NCBI GenBank assembly: GCA_963828525.1
Contig: CAWHEP010000011.1
Span: forward strand, 1 to 64,000
Length of the DNA: 64,000 bases
From: an uncultured Verrucomicrobiae bacterium
Lineage (GTDB): Bacteria > Verrucomicrobiota > Verrucomicrobiia > Chthoniobacterales > Chthoniobacteraceae
Direction of reading: 5' to 3'
Shown: piece by piece, positions 40,072 to 51,403 of the stretch
Layout of the letters: every line of letters begins with the position of its first letter
How positions within the stretch are numbered: position 1 is the stretch's first letter
Made by a program: the position numbers and the translations under genes
The notes under the pieces: generated by a model
Told to the model about the DNA's origin: nothing
The model's database searches: none
The model's input: only the letters and a program-made list of their open reading frames with translations

Positions 40072-41436
40072 GTGCGACAATCCCTGAAAAGGCTTCCGGG
40101 CGATGCCCGTTGCGCCCTGCTCCTCTACAACCTGTTCTTTCCGCTAGTCCTCGTGTGCCTTCTGCCGCGTTACCTGCTGAGGATGTTTCGCCGGGGAAAG
40201 TACAGTCATAAATTCGGACAGCGCTTCGGGGTGTATTCCGCCGAGGTTCGTCTCCGGCTCGGATCGGCGGAAAAGGTGTGGATTCACGCCGTCAGCGTCG
40301 GGGAAGTATTAATCGCGCAAAAGCTGGCGCGCGAGCTTCACCGGTTGCGCGAAGATCTGGTGGTTATCCTCTCCACCACAACATCAACGGGTTTCGAAGT
40401 TGCGAACTCTTCTGCTCCGGGGTGGATGGAAGTGATCTATAATCCCATCGACTTCCCCCTTTTTGTTGGGAGAGCTCTCGAGGCGGTGAGGCCCAGGGCA
40501 TTGATCCTGGTGGAGGCAGAAGTCTGGCCCAACCTGGTCTCGCAGGCCCATTCAAGGGGCGTATACGTTTCGCTGGTAAACGCCAGGTTGTCGCCACGTT
40601 CAGAAGGTCGTTTCAGGAAGGCGCGCGTGTTTACAGGTCCCTTCTTTCGCCTTTTGGACAGTATTTGCGTGCAGGAGGAGGAGGACGTCGACAGGTGGCA
40701 GGCGCTGGGTGTCGCGCGTTCCAGGATCCATCCGACCGGGAGCATAAAGTTCGATCACGTTCCGGACACGGACAGCCGCGAGGAGGAGTTTCGCTCGTTG
40801 ATTGGGCGGCTCGCCGTGGATCGCTCGCGCCTAATCCTCCTTGCCGGGAGCACCCACCCTGGAGAAGAAACGATTCTTGGCCGGGTTTTCCAAAGGTTAA
40901 AAGCGCGTTTTCCCGAGCTTTTCCTGGTCGTCGTTCCGCGTCATGTCGAGAGAACCTCGTCTGTGGAAGAGGGCCTGCGATCGCTTGGTTTGTCACCCGC
41001 CCTGCGGACAAGCCTCGAACAGGTTCAAGACCAGTCAGCGGACTGCCTGATTGTTAATACCACGGGCGAACTCCGGCATTGGTATCATCTAGGTTCCGTC
41101 ATTTTCATCGGCAAAAGCTTGACCGGAACCGGTGGGCAAAATCCCGTCGAAGCCATTGCGGCAGGCAAGCCGGTTGTTTTCGGGCCGCGCATGGAGAATT
41201 TCGGGGCAATCGTGCAACTCCTCCTTCGGAACGAAGGGGCTGTCCAGGTTTCCAGCGAGGCAGAACTGGAGGAGCAACTCGGGCTGTTATTTGCTAATGA
41301 ACCTTTGCGCAATGAAATGGCGGAGAATGGCCGGACTACTCTTGCCCGGCATCAGGGAGCAACGACGAGAACGGTGGAATTGCTGCGACCTGTTCTGAGG
41401 CGTCCGTTGGACGGACAATCAAGCGTGAACCCCTGA
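40072..41436 (+). CDS. waaA: Kdo transferase
   Basis: WIHAVSVGE, EAEVWPN, NARLS, AGSTH.GEE, VPRH.ER, GGQNP.E. Confidence 0.93.
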   Translation: MRQSLKRLPGDARCALLLYNLFFPLVLVCLLPRYLLRMFRRGKYSHKFGQRFGVYSAEVRLRLGSAEKVWIHAVSVGEVLIAQKLARELHRLREDLVVILSTTTSTGFEVANSSAPGWMEVIYNPIDFPLFVGRALEAVRPRALILVEAEVWPNLVSQAHSRGVYVSLVNARLSPRSEGRFRKARVFTGPFFRLLDSICVQEEEDVDRWQALGVARSRIHPTGSIKFDHVPDTDSREEEFRSLIGRLAVDRSRLILLAGSTHPGEETILGRVFQRLKARFPELFLVVVPRHVERTSSVEEGLRSLGLSPALRTSLEQVQDQSADCLIVNTTGELRHWYHLGSVIFIGKSLTGTGGQNPVEAIAAGKPVVFGPRMENFGAIVQLLLRNEGAVQVSSEAELEEQLGLLFANEPLRNEMAENGRTTLARHQGATTRTVELLRPVLRRPLDGQSSVNP

Positions 41437-41451
41437 GGACACGACCCAGAG

Positions 41452-42381
41452 TCAAACCGCGGAAGCGGCTGGCGCTTCTCTCCCAGCGATCAACTCCGCA
41501 TGCTCTTTGGGTTCAATCTGTGATCCACATTGGGTGGAGTAAACCTGGGTGAATTCGGCCCCAAAAAGGAGAATCTGCCCAGAATAGTAAACCCAAAGCA
41601 ACGTGGTGATAAGACCGCTCGCGGCTCCATAAGCGCTTCCCGCGCTCCCGCTCCCGAGATAGATGCTGAGCGCCCATTTGCCGATCAGAAAGAGGAGAGT
41701 CGTCAGGCCAGCGCCGATCCACACGTCGTGCCACGCAATCTTTGCGTCGGGCAGGTATTTAAAAATGAGACCGAACAGCAGCGTCACAACGACGATGTCC
41801 AACACCAGGTTCAGCGACAACGGCAGGAGCTCTCCTCCCGGCAGATATGATTTCAGCTGGTCGCTGAAAAGATGAACCACGCTGGAGAGTGTCAACGAGA
41901 CCAGCAGCAGGAAGCAGACGCCCCCTACCATGGCGAATGAAAGGAACCGCGCGCGCAGGAATCCCCCTACGCCGCCGCCTGGCTTTGCTTTCACCCCCCA
42001 AATAGTATTCAACGCGTCTTGCAACTGTCCAAAAATACCGCTTGCTCCGACGAGAGCTATCAAGATCCCGAACACGGTGGAAAGAATTCCGGTTGAGGGT
42101 TTCGCGGCGTTGCTGGCAATGCCTTTCACCACATCCACTGTGCTTCGATCCAGAAAATACCCCAGTTGATGAGTAATCTTGTCTCTAGCGGCCTCGCTCC
42201 CTCCGTAGATGAAACCGAACACCGCAAGCAAAACAAGCATGAGTGGCGCGAGTGAAAAGACCGTGTAGTAAGCCAGCGCCGCTCCCAGGGTCGGGCACTT
42301 ATCGTCGCTCCACTTGGAAGCCGTGGCTTTCAATATGCCGATTGTTCCCAGGCGTGGCGGTGCGGATGTTGAAGTATTCAT
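41452..42381 (-). CDS. YihY/virulence factor BrkB family membrane protein
   Basis: GAALAYYTVFSLAP, YGAAS, LLWVYYS.QI.LFGAEF. Confidence 0.92.
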   Translation of the reverse strand: MNTSTSAPPRLGTIGILKATASKWSDDKCPTLGAALAYYTVFSLAPLMLVLLAVFGFIYGGSEAARDKITHQLGYFLDRSTVDVVKGIASNAAKPSTGILSTVFGILIALVGASGIFGQLQDALNTIWGVKAKPGGGVGGFLRARFLSFAMVGGVCFLLLVSLTLSSVVHLFSDQLKSYLPGGELLPLSLNLVLDIVVVTLLFGLIFKYLPDAKIAWHDVWIGAGLTTLLFLIGKWALSIYLGSGSAGSAYGAASGLITTLLWVYYSGQILLFGAEFTQVYSTQCGSQIEPKEHAELIAGREAPAASAV

Positions 42382-42451
42382 TAACGCGTCCCAAAAGTTC
42401 CCCGGCGCGAGCCGGAGATAGTTACGAACTCAGGCTTCGCGCGCGACGCGC

Positions 42452-43489
42452 TTAATGGATGGCTCGCTGGCCCGCTGCAACGATTTCTCCTATCAACCCA
42501 GGACCTTTATAGATGAAGCCCGTGTAAATCTGGAGCAGGGATGCTCCCGCATCGAGCTTCTCCCGAGCGGAATCCGCATCGCCAATCCCCCCGCAAGCAA
42601 CCACAGGCAACGAAGTCGTGCTGGTGATAAAGCGCACGATCTCAGTGGAGCGTTTCCTCACAGGAGGGCCGCTCAGGCCGCCCTGCGTTCTCAGATCCGG
42701 CGGAACGCTGGAATGATCAATCGTGGTGTTCGTTGCTATGATGCCCGCGACACCATGGCGCAAGCTTGTTTCGAGGACTTGCGCGACCTGTCGATCTTCT
42801 AGATCGGGAGCGATTTTCAAGAGGACTGGTTTTGGGCAAGCGCGCGCCAGATTGCTTGCCTGGACCACCACCAGAAGTTCTTCGAGCGCTTTTTCCTCCT
42901 GCAGCGTCCGGAGACCCGGCGTGTTGGGTGAGCTGACGTTCAGCACGAAGTAATCCGCGTAAGGGAAGAGCTTCTCAAAGGAAAAGAGGTAATCCCGCGC
43001 GGCTTCCTCGACGACGGTCTTCTTCGCCTTGCCGATGTTGATACCAATTGGAATGCCCGGCCAGGAACCCTGCTGCTTCAAGGCTTCCAGACGCGCGGCA
43101 ATGGCTTCCGCCCCATCGTTGTTGAAACCCATCCGGTTGATTAGCGCGTTTTGATCGCGCAACCGGAAGAGTCTTGGCACAGGGTTTCCCGGCTGCCCTT
43201 CCGAGGTGATGGTTCCCGCCTCGACAAAGCCAAATCCAAGTGTCTCCCACGCGGGGAGCGCCACAGCATTTTTGTCAAAACCAGCGGCAAGTCCCACGCG
43301 ATTGCGGAACTTCACGCCGAAAACAGTCTGATCGCTCTGGCTGCAAGATGTCGTCAGCAACAACCGCGCCAGCGCCGCGACTCCCGGGAGCTGCAACATA
43401 CGCATCGCAAAGTGATGCGCTTGTTCAGCATCCATCCGGAACATCAGCGAGCGCAGGAGCTTCTCGTAGATCGCTTGCTTGATGCTCAT
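42452..43489 (-). CDS. pyrD: Quinone-dependent dihydroorotate dehydrogenase (class 2)
   Basis: GLAAGFDKN, NRMGFNN, NVSSPNTPGLR, KIAPD, GGLSG. Confidence 0.95.
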   Translation of the reverse strand: MSIKQAIYEKLLRSLMFRMDAEQAHHFAMRMLQLPGVAALARLLLTTSCSQSDQTVFGVKFRNRVGLAAGFDKNAVALPAWETLGFGFVEAGTITSEGQPGNPVPRLFRLRDQNALINRMGFNNDGAEAIAARLEALKQQGSWPGIPIGINIGKAKKTVVEEAARDYLFSFEKLFPYADYFVLNVSSPNTPGLRTLQEEKALEELLVVVQASNLARACPKPVLLKIAPDLEDRQVAQVLETSLRHGVAGIIATNTTIDHSSVPPDLRTQGGLSGPPVRKRSTEIVRFITSTTSLPVVACGGIGDADSAREKLDAGASLLQIYTGFIYKGPGLIGEIVAAGQRAIH

Positions 43490-44879
43490 TTGCCGATGCA
43501 GAACCTGCTGAAGATTGTATCCAGCAACTCCTCCGTATCAGCTTTTCCGACTACATCTCCCACGGCGTCGAGCGCTCCCCTAAGTTCGATGGCGATCAGA
43601 GCAGGCTCAAGGCCTGAAAGTAAACCGTCTCGCGCCGCGTCACAGCACGCGCGGGCGATTTCAAGGCAACTTTGATGGCGCGCGTTGATCGCCGCCATGG
43701 AGATCGGGGCCTGGGGAACGCCGCTCGTCAGGCGCGAAAAAATCGCGTCTGCCAGCGGTTCCAAGCACTCGGCTCCGACGCACGAAATACGAATGCCATC
43801 GACCCCGTTCCAGCATGGATGCTCTCCGAGGTCCTTCTTATTCACGACAAGCATCTCCTTCGACGCTGGCGGACAGGGAAGTTGCCCGCCGCAGGCCTGG
43901 CTGCCATCCACGACGTGGAGGACAAGATCAGCGGTTTCGACGCTCCTCAAACTCCTCTCGATGCCCGCCTTTTCAACCTCATCCGAGCACTCCCGCACGC
44001 CGGCGGTGTCCACGAGCCGCAGCGGAATGCCATGCAGATTGATGACCTCCTCGATCGTGTCACGAGTCGTCCCCGGCACGTGGCTCACGATTGCCCGCTC
44101 ATAGCCTAGCAGCATGTTGAGCAGACTTGATTTCCCCACGTTTGGGCTTCCGTAGATAACCAGACGAGCGCCCTCCCGAAGGATCCGGCCCTGATCCGCG
44201 GTTCCCAGAAGGCTGGTGTTCAGACCCCGTACGTCATCCAGCCTGGCGAGCAGGGCTTCGTGAGTGTCAGGATCGATGTCCTCCTCGGGAAAATCGATGT
44301 AAGCCTCCACATGCGCGAGCAGGCTCAACAGTCCCTCCCTGATCTTGCCAATCAGCTCTCCGAGGCGTCCCTCCAACTGCTCTGTCGCGGCGCGGGCAGA
44401 AAATCTGTCTGCGCCCGGATCAGATCCATCACCGCTTCCGCTTGAGTGAGGTCCATCTTTCCATTGCAGAAAGCGCGCTCCGTAAATTCGCCTGGATGGG
44501 CGAGCCGCGCGCCGCTCCTGAGGAGCAGCTGCAGGACGCGCCGAGTGACAAGGACTCCGCCATGGCAGCATATCTCCACAGTGTCTTCACCGGTGTAGCT
44601 GCGCGGGCTCCGATGCACCGACGCGACCACTTGATCTACCAGAAGGTCTCCGTCGAAGATTCCGCCGAACACCTGCCGGTGGCTTTCCGCCTTATCCAAC
44701 CTCGCGCTTCCGCGGAATACAGCGGAAGCCACAGACACCGCGCCGGAACCGCTTAGCCGCACCATGGCGATCGCGCCCTCGCCCGAGGGGGTGGAAATCG
44801 CGGCAATGGTCGATGAATCATGCGGGGAGGCGCCGCCAGACGAGCCGGAGGGCGCTTCCTTCCGCTCTGAGAGGTTCAA
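43486..44879 (-). CDS. mnmE: tRNA modification GTPase MnmE, frameshifted at 44400-44403
   Basis: [28 protein letters not shown] | [26 protein letters not shown] start overlapping the hisC stop is inferred. Confidence 0.92.
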
Positions 44880-45970
44880 CCTAGTTGCTCCCGCAGAGCC
44901 GTCACGAAACGCTTGTTTTGCTCCATGGTGCCAACCGAAACGCGAATCCACTCGGGAAGCTTGTACGAGGCCATCGCCCGCACGATAATTCCCTGCCTCA
45001 GCATGGACTGAAAAAGCGCGTTTCCATCGCCCACTTTTACGAGCACGAAATTGGCGAAACTCGGAACAAATTCGAGGCCCATTTGCTCAAACTGCTGTTG
45101 AAGATAATCGCGTCCCTCCCAGGTCGCTCTTCGCGTTTTCTCGACGTGCTCCTCGTCCTGCAAGCCAGCCAGGGCGCCCGCTTGCGCGATTGCGTTCGCG
45201 TTGAACGGCTGGCGTGTTTTCTGTAACACATCGATGATCTCGCTGCTGCCCAGGCCATACCCGATACGCAGCCCGGCCAGCCCTTGGATCTTTGAAAAGG
45301 TTCGCAGTATTAGGACATTCTGACGCCCTTCCCGGACATATTTCAGCGTATCTGGCGGCTCTTCCAAAAATTCATGGTAAGCCTCGTCAAAGACGACGAC
45401 GACATGATCGGGCACCCGGTCCATAAAGCGCGAAATCTCATCTTCAGAAACGAGCGTGCCAGTCGGGTTGTTTGGATTCGCGATGAAGATTTCCCGCGTC
45501 CGCGGGGTTATGGCGTCCGCCATGGCTTTCAGGTCATGCTGGAAGCGGGGATCTGGAACCTCGACCGTCCGGGCCCCGAAGAGCGTGGCCATGAGCTTGT
45601 AGACCACGAACGCGTGCTCCGCCGTGACTACTTCGTCGCCCGGCTTCAGGAATGCGTGCCCGATGAATTCGATGATCTCATTTGAGCCATTACCCAAAAT
45701 CACGTTTTCGCGCTTCAACCCAAACTTCTTCGCGATGCCCTCTCGCAGGTAGTAAGCGCCCCCGTCTGGATAGAAGTGCGCCCGTTCCAGCGCCTCCCTC
45801 ATCGCCAGCACCGCATGCGGCGAGGGGCCTAGAGGATTCTCGTTCGACGCGAGTTTGATGATGTCCGAAACTTTGAGACCAAGTTCGCGAGCGACATCTT
45901 CGATCGGTTTGCCTGTCTCGTACGTGACAAGTTCACGGAGCTGTGTGTTTGCGCTGTCCCAGATAGACAT
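44876..45970 (-). CDS. hisC: Histidinol-phosphate aminotransferase
   Basis: [34 protein letters not shown]. Confidence 0.93.
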   Translation of the reverse strand: MSIWDSANTQLRELVTYETGKPIEDVARELGLKVSDIIKLASNENPLGPSPHAVLAMREALERAHFYPDGGAYYLREGIAKKFGLKRENVILGNGSNEIIEFIGHAFLKPGDEVVTAEHAFVVYKLMATLFGARTVEVPDPRFQHDLKAMADAITPRTREIFIANPNNPTGTLVSEDEISRFMDRVPDHVVVVFDEAYHEFLEEPPDTLKYVREGRQNVLILRTFSKIQGLAGLRIGYGLGSSEIIDVLQKTRQPFNANAIAQAGALAGLQDEEHVEKTRRATWEGRDYLQQQFEQMGLEFVPSFANFVLVKVGDGNALFQSMLRQGIIVRAMASYKLPEWIRVSVGTMEQNKRFVTALREQLG

Positions 45971-46040
45971 CCCCCCATTAAAGCGCAGGCGGGAAGAAAT
46001 GCCAGAAGGTTGCGCCTGCCTTGCGAGCGGGCGGCGTCTT

Positions 46041-47393
46041 TCAGAAATGATATGTGGTAACGAAGGAGACTGCCTGTACGCCGACAGTCGTCGTGGTCTG
46101 ATTTAGCTCCCCGGAACGCAAACCGCTTATTCCCACGCTTCGGGTCGCCGGGATGTCCCACTCGTATCCGAGATCAAAATCAAACTGTCTCCAGCGATAG
46201 CCAGCGCCGGCTGTGAGAGTGTGTTCGGTGATGACCGCCGTCAGGGGTGAAAGGGTCTCAGTGGGGACGGGACTCGCGCCGTAGGAGTAGCCACCCCGCA
46301 GTGTCACGTCTTTGGTGAGCGAATACTCCAGGCCGGTTCGATAAACGAACCGGTCTTTCCAGTGGAGGGGGATGTCGTCCTCCAGCGGTTTGGAGCCAAG
46401 GAAGTTATTCAAGTCGCGGTTGTTTCCGTCCTTGAGTTTGACAGCCAGGTTGTTGAAAGAATTATGCCAGTCGATCCAGTCAACCTGGGCCGCGAGCCTG
46501 ACTTTTGAGCAGCACTTCCAGGAGACGCCTGCTGAGACCTCCTGGGGAAAACTGTTGTCCACCTCGGCGTCGTAATGGAACGTCGGTTGTACGCTCGCGA
46601 ACCCTCCTCCCAGCGAGCGCAACTGGGCGCCGGCATCTCCATTCGCGTCGCCGTGGGTGTGAATGACTGTCTCGCTTCTGTATGCGACGCCGAGCTGCAC
46701 CGAGTCCACGGGACGGTAGATCAGGCCAGTGGTCGCGTTCCAGCCCCAGCCATCCGTATCGAGATCCAGCAGGGTTTTGAAGCCTGCGATCTGGCGCTGG
46801 GTCTGGAAGACGTAGGGCGCGTCCAAGGCGTTTTTGTTGTAGCTGAGACCCACGGTGGCTCCGATGAAGAGCTTTGAAGTCACGGCAACGCTCATGCCTG
46901 CCGCGAACCGCAGCAACTCGATCTCCGAACGGCTTCTCTGGATTCCGTATGTGGTCTTCCCATCCAAACCGCCTGGAGGGTCGCGGAACACGAAGTTCGC
47001 TCCCAAAAAGGCGTCCGGGATTATCCCCAATCCAAAGCTGAACGGTGAGGTACCAAGCCGGGCGCCAAAAGCGGCATCGGGGCCAAACGTTCCATTTTCG
47101 TCCAGATTCGCGTTCCGTTGCTCCTTGTTCGAGAAGCTGCCGTAAGGAAACACGCCTGTCGCGCCTATCTCCGCTGCAGGGCGATCCAGGGACGAAAGGC
47201 CAGCCGGGTTTAACCCCAGCGCGCCCAGCGGATCCTGGCTCCATGCGACATCCGCGCCTCCAAGTGACATGGCTCGGGGGCCAGCCCCGTTCGAGTAGAT
47301 GCCGTTTGCCAAACAATGGTGGCTGACAGTGAGAGCAAGGATGAGCGCGCCGGGAACATGGGCGCAAAGTCCAGGGAGGATTTTCTTAAACAT
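46041..47393 (-). CDS. FadL/OmpP1-like outer-membrane transporter
   Basis: Signal peptide, GPRAMSLGGA, NPAGL, beta-barrel pattern, terminal YHF. Confidence 0.85.
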   Translation of the reverse strand: MFKKILPGLCAHVPGALILALTVSHHCLANGIYSNGAGPRAMSLGGADVAWSQDPLGALGLNPAGLSSLDRPAAEIGATGVFPYGSFSNKEQRNANLDENGTFGPDAAFGARLGTSPFSFGLGIIPDAFLGANFVFRDPPGGLDGKTTYGIQRSRSEIELLRFAAGMSVAVTSKLFIGATVGLSYNKNALDAPYVFQTQRQIAGFKTLLDLDTDGWGWNATTGLIYRPVDSVQLGVAYRSETVIHTHGDANGDAGAQLRSLGGGFASVQPTFHYDAEVDNSFPQEVSAGVSWKCCSKVRLAAQVDWIDWHNSFNNLAVKLKDGNNRDLNNFLGSKPLEDDIPLHWKDRFVYRTGLEYSLTKDVTLRGGYSYGASPVPTETLSPLTAVITEHTLTAGAGYRWRQFDFDLGYEWDIPATRSVGISGLRSGELNQTTTTVGVQAVSFVTTYHF

Positions 47394-47502
47394 GAGAGAT
47401 TTAATGAAGCCTTTTCCGTGCCCGCTTTTCAACGAAGTATTTCGCGAGCCTGAAGGCTGGAAAAGCGCATGTCTGTTCCATAGGATGCCCCGCGAGATGC
47501 GG

Positions 47503-48286
47503 ATGACGGAAGAACTCAATAAGGACAGGCTCTCATCCGGGAGGCCGAGAGCAAGCCTTGCTACTCTCTTGCGAGAAGCTGATTCCCACCTCCCAGCCTA
47601 CCTTGAGGCGGTAAACGGCATGACGCGGGAGACCGAGCGGAAAGGAATCTGCGTCAGTGAGATGTTTTTCTTCTACGCGGTGGTAAAGCCGATGGCCCCG
47701 CGGCAGATAATCGAGTCAGGCCGGGCGCGCGGCGAGAGCACGCTTGCGCTCGCTCGTTGTTTCCCCGGAGTGCCGATCACCAGCATTGAGTACCGATGAG
47801 CAGTCACCCGACGCGCCGATCGCGAACGAGAAGCTGGCGCCTTATCCAAATCTGAGGTGTCTTTTCGGGGATTCACGCAAAGTGATCCCGCCAATCCTGG
47901 AGGATGGAGCGGCCGTGCTGATCGATGGGCCAAAGGAATTCCGCGCCCTTAAACTGGCTTTGAAGCTCTTGGGCACAGGGAAGCCGGGAGTGGTCTTTCT
48001 CCACGATTTCATGGCGGGCCGCGCGGAACGGACTTTCCTGGAGCGGCATTGGCCGGGAGCGTTCTTTAGCGATCACCCGGATATTCTGGAACGCTTCAGC
48101 CGCTTGGATGATGACGGAAGCGGCTCCGACAAATGGCGGCGTCCCCGGCATTCGACATTCGCCTGCCTGCCAGCAGGGTTACCGGCCGCTTATTGGATTC
48201 TCTGGTTAAAGATTGTCCACGCCCGCAACCTTTCGCTTGCGCCGGAGAAGTTGGGCGGCTTCATGCGGCGGTTTGTTAGAAAATGA
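47503..48286 (+). CDS. Putative methyltransferase-fold protein, frameshifted near 47793
   Basis: IIESGRARGEST...SIEY|DEQSPD...FGDS...LIDGPK...FLHD; removing one C joins the two ORFs; start approximate. Confidence 0.65.
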
Positions 48287-48436
48287 TGGGATTCGTCTCT
48301 TCCAAACCCTTAATCTCAAATTGCCTGAGAGCGGTCGCTGACTTCGGCCCCTCCCTCCCGATCGCGACCAAGTCAGCTCATTGACACATTTTTCTCAGCA
48401 ACCGCCTGATCCAACCCAGAGTTCAACCAGCCAAGC

Positions 48437-50704
48437 ATGTCCCACTTCCCCCATTCCATCGTCACGATCGCAGCCGCTCTGCTCGCTTCCAGCGCCTGTG
48501 CGGCGCCGCCGCTCCCGTACCCCGACGCGTTGGCGGCCGCCGCGGTTTCGGAAAGCAAGATCTCGGACATTGCCAAGTTCGGATTGGTCGTCGGCAATGG
48601 CGAGCTGAACGCCGTCATTTATTCCGATTCCGCCGACAACGATCTGCGCCTGCGGATCAACAAGAATGACTGCTGGGACATGCGGATAGACACGCAGGAC
48701 GATCCGCCGCTGCCGCTGGTCGATGTCACAACCGGCAAGGCGGTGGGTCACGGGGACGCTGGCAGTTGGAAGCATCCGTACCCGACGGCGCTGCCGGTCG
48801 CGGAGGCGGTGCTGGGCGCGGATGGCCAGACGGAGGTGACCGGCGCCACATTGGACCTCGCGCGGGCCGTCGCCACGATCAAGACCGCGCAGGAGACCGC
48901 CGAAGTGCGTGTGCTGGCGCAGAGCAACGTCATCTTGATCCACTCAAAACGGCCGGTCTCGTTCATCGGCGACCAGGACCTCCTGCGGGCCAAGAAGCCG
49001 AGGCCGAACAGCATCCCGATCGAGAGCTGGGTCAGCAAGGCGGACGAGGGCGCGCAAGGCGGTTACCGTTATCTGCACCAGAATATCCCAGGCGATGAAG
49101 ACGCGAGCGGCATGGACCTCTATGTGGTTGCGGGTCGGAAAGGCGATTTGCAGGCGATCGCCGTGACCACCTCGCGCGACTCGGCGCATCCACTCCCCGA
49201 TGCGGTCGCCCTTGTTGCCTCCACGCTAAACAACGCCAGCGCCGTCCCCCAGCACGAAGCCGCGTGGCAGGATTTCTGGTCGAAGAGCGGCGTCGAACTC
49301 GGTGACAAGCAGTTGCAAAACTGGTGGTACCGCATGCTCTACTTCAACCGCGCCTTTGCGCGCGGGAACGGCAACACGGTGGGCCTTGCCGCCTGTTTCC
49401 CGGGCTTGGCAGGCTGGCATAATTCACTGAAGCTAAACTATAACATCCAGCAAACCTACCTGGGCGCCGCGCCGCTGAATCACCCTGAAATGGTGGAGCC
49501 TTTCATCGACGCGCTCAACCGCAACCTGCCGCGCGCAGAGTGGTTCGCCCGGACCAGTTTCGTCGGCGCGGAAGGCGCTTTCTTCCACAGCGATATGTGG
49601 CCGTTCGAGCCCAACCCAGCTCTGTGCAAGACGCCATACAAGCATCAGCAGACGTATATGCCTTATGGCTACTCGTGGGGCATGGCAGGGCAGTCGGCTG
49701 TCGTGCTGTGGGATTATTATAAGTCTGCCCCCACGCCGGCGCATCTAGATCGCGTGTACGCGTTGATCCGCGATTTCGGCGTGTTTTATTGTTCGCTGTT
49801 GGAAAAGTGTCCGCTCGCAGACGGCAAGCGCAAGATGGGACCGAGCTACTTCCCGGAATTGGGTAAGTATGATGAGTTCAACGTCTGCTATGACATTAGC
49901 TACGTCACCGCCGGGCTGCGGATCGCGCGGGAGGCCGCGACGTTAAAGCACGACGCCGCGCTCATCAAGCGCATCGACGCGGTCATTGATCAAGTCCCGA
50001 CCTACGGCACGCAACCAGACCCGGATCAGAATGGGCAGACGGTGATCGAACCGTGGCTGGGCGCGAAGTTCAAAGTGGGTGCCGACCGGCACGCCACGAT
50101 GGCGCAAGGCATTTTCCCAGCGGGGATCATCAATTGGTTCTCCAGCCCCGATCTGAAGGGCCTCGGCGTTCGCACAATCAACCGCGTGGAGCGAAGCACC
50201 ACGCACGCCAACTCCAACGTCACCATCAACGTCTGCCGCGCGCGGCTCGGCCTGACGGACGAAGCCATCGCGAACGCGAAGATGTGTTTCTCGGCGGACA
50301 GCAAATACTCCCGCGAACTCCCGAACGGCCTCTTTTATTGGGCGGGGCACGGCTTCTATATCTCGGAGCAGGTGGCAGTCGCCCGCTTTGTCAATGAACT
50401 TCTGTTGCAAAGTGTCGCCGACACCATCCGCGTCTTTCCCGCGTGGCCGGCGGCGAGCGATGCCCGCTTTAATGATCTGCTCGCCTACGGCGGCTTCGAG
50501 GTATCGGCCGAGCAAACGAGCGGGAAAATTGCGAACGTGCGGATTACCTCCACCGTTGGTGGCCTGGTTAAGATGGTGAGCCCTTGGACCGGCGCCTTCC
50601 GCGTCGTGGCGCAAGGTGGCGGGGAGGCCGTTCCCGTTACGACAACCAACGGCGTCTCATCTTTCGCCACTAATGCCGGTCAGACTTACCGGCTGGAACC
50701 GTAG
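48437..50704 (+). CDS. Secreted GH95-like (alpha/alpha)6 glycoside hydrolase
   Basis: Signal peptide, VGNGEL, DCWD, WHNSLKLNYNIQQTY, SYFPE, ELLLQS, RVFPAWP, GGFEVSA. Confidence 0.75.
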   Translation: MSHFPHSIVTIAAALLASSACAAPPLPYPDALAAAAVSESKISDIAKFGLVVGNGELNAVIYSDSADNDLRLRINKNDCWDMRIDTQDDPPLPLVDVTTGKAVGHGDAGSWKHPYPTALPVAEAVLGADGQTEVTGATLDLARAVATIKTAQETAEVRVLAQSNVILIHSKRPVSFIGDQDLLRAKKPRPNSIPIESWVSKADEGAQGGYRYLHQNIPGDEDASGMDLYVVAGRKGDLQAIAVTTSRDSAHPLPDAVALVASTLNNASAVPQHEAAWQDFWSKSGVELGDKQLQNWWYRMLYFNRAFARGNGNTVGLAACFPGLAGWHNSLKLNYNIQQTYLGAAPLNHPEMVEPFIDALNRNLPRAEWFARTSFVGAEGAFFHSDMWPFEPNPALCKTPYKHQQTYMPYGYSWGMAGQSAVVLWDYYKSAPTPAHLDRVYALIRDFGVFYCSLLEKCPLADGKRKMGPSYFPELGKYDEFNVCYDISYVTAGLRIAREAATLKHDAALIKRIDAVIDQVPTYGTQPDPDQNGQTVIEPWLGAKFKVGADRHATMAQGIFPAGIINWFSSPDLKGLGVRTINRVERSTTHANSNVTINVCRARLGLTDEAIANAKMCFSADSKYSRELPNGLFYWAGHGFYISEQVAVARFVNELLLQSVADTIRVFPAWPAASDARFNDLLAYGGFEVSAEQTSGKIANVRITSTVGGLVKMVSPWTGAFRVVAQGGGEAVPVTTTNGVSSFATNAGQTYRLEP

Positions 50705-50720
50705 ATTGACAGAAATCCTT

Positions 50721-51374
<654 letters not shown>

Positions 51375-51403
51375 CTATCTGCGTAAACAAGTTCCGTGGC
51401 TGC

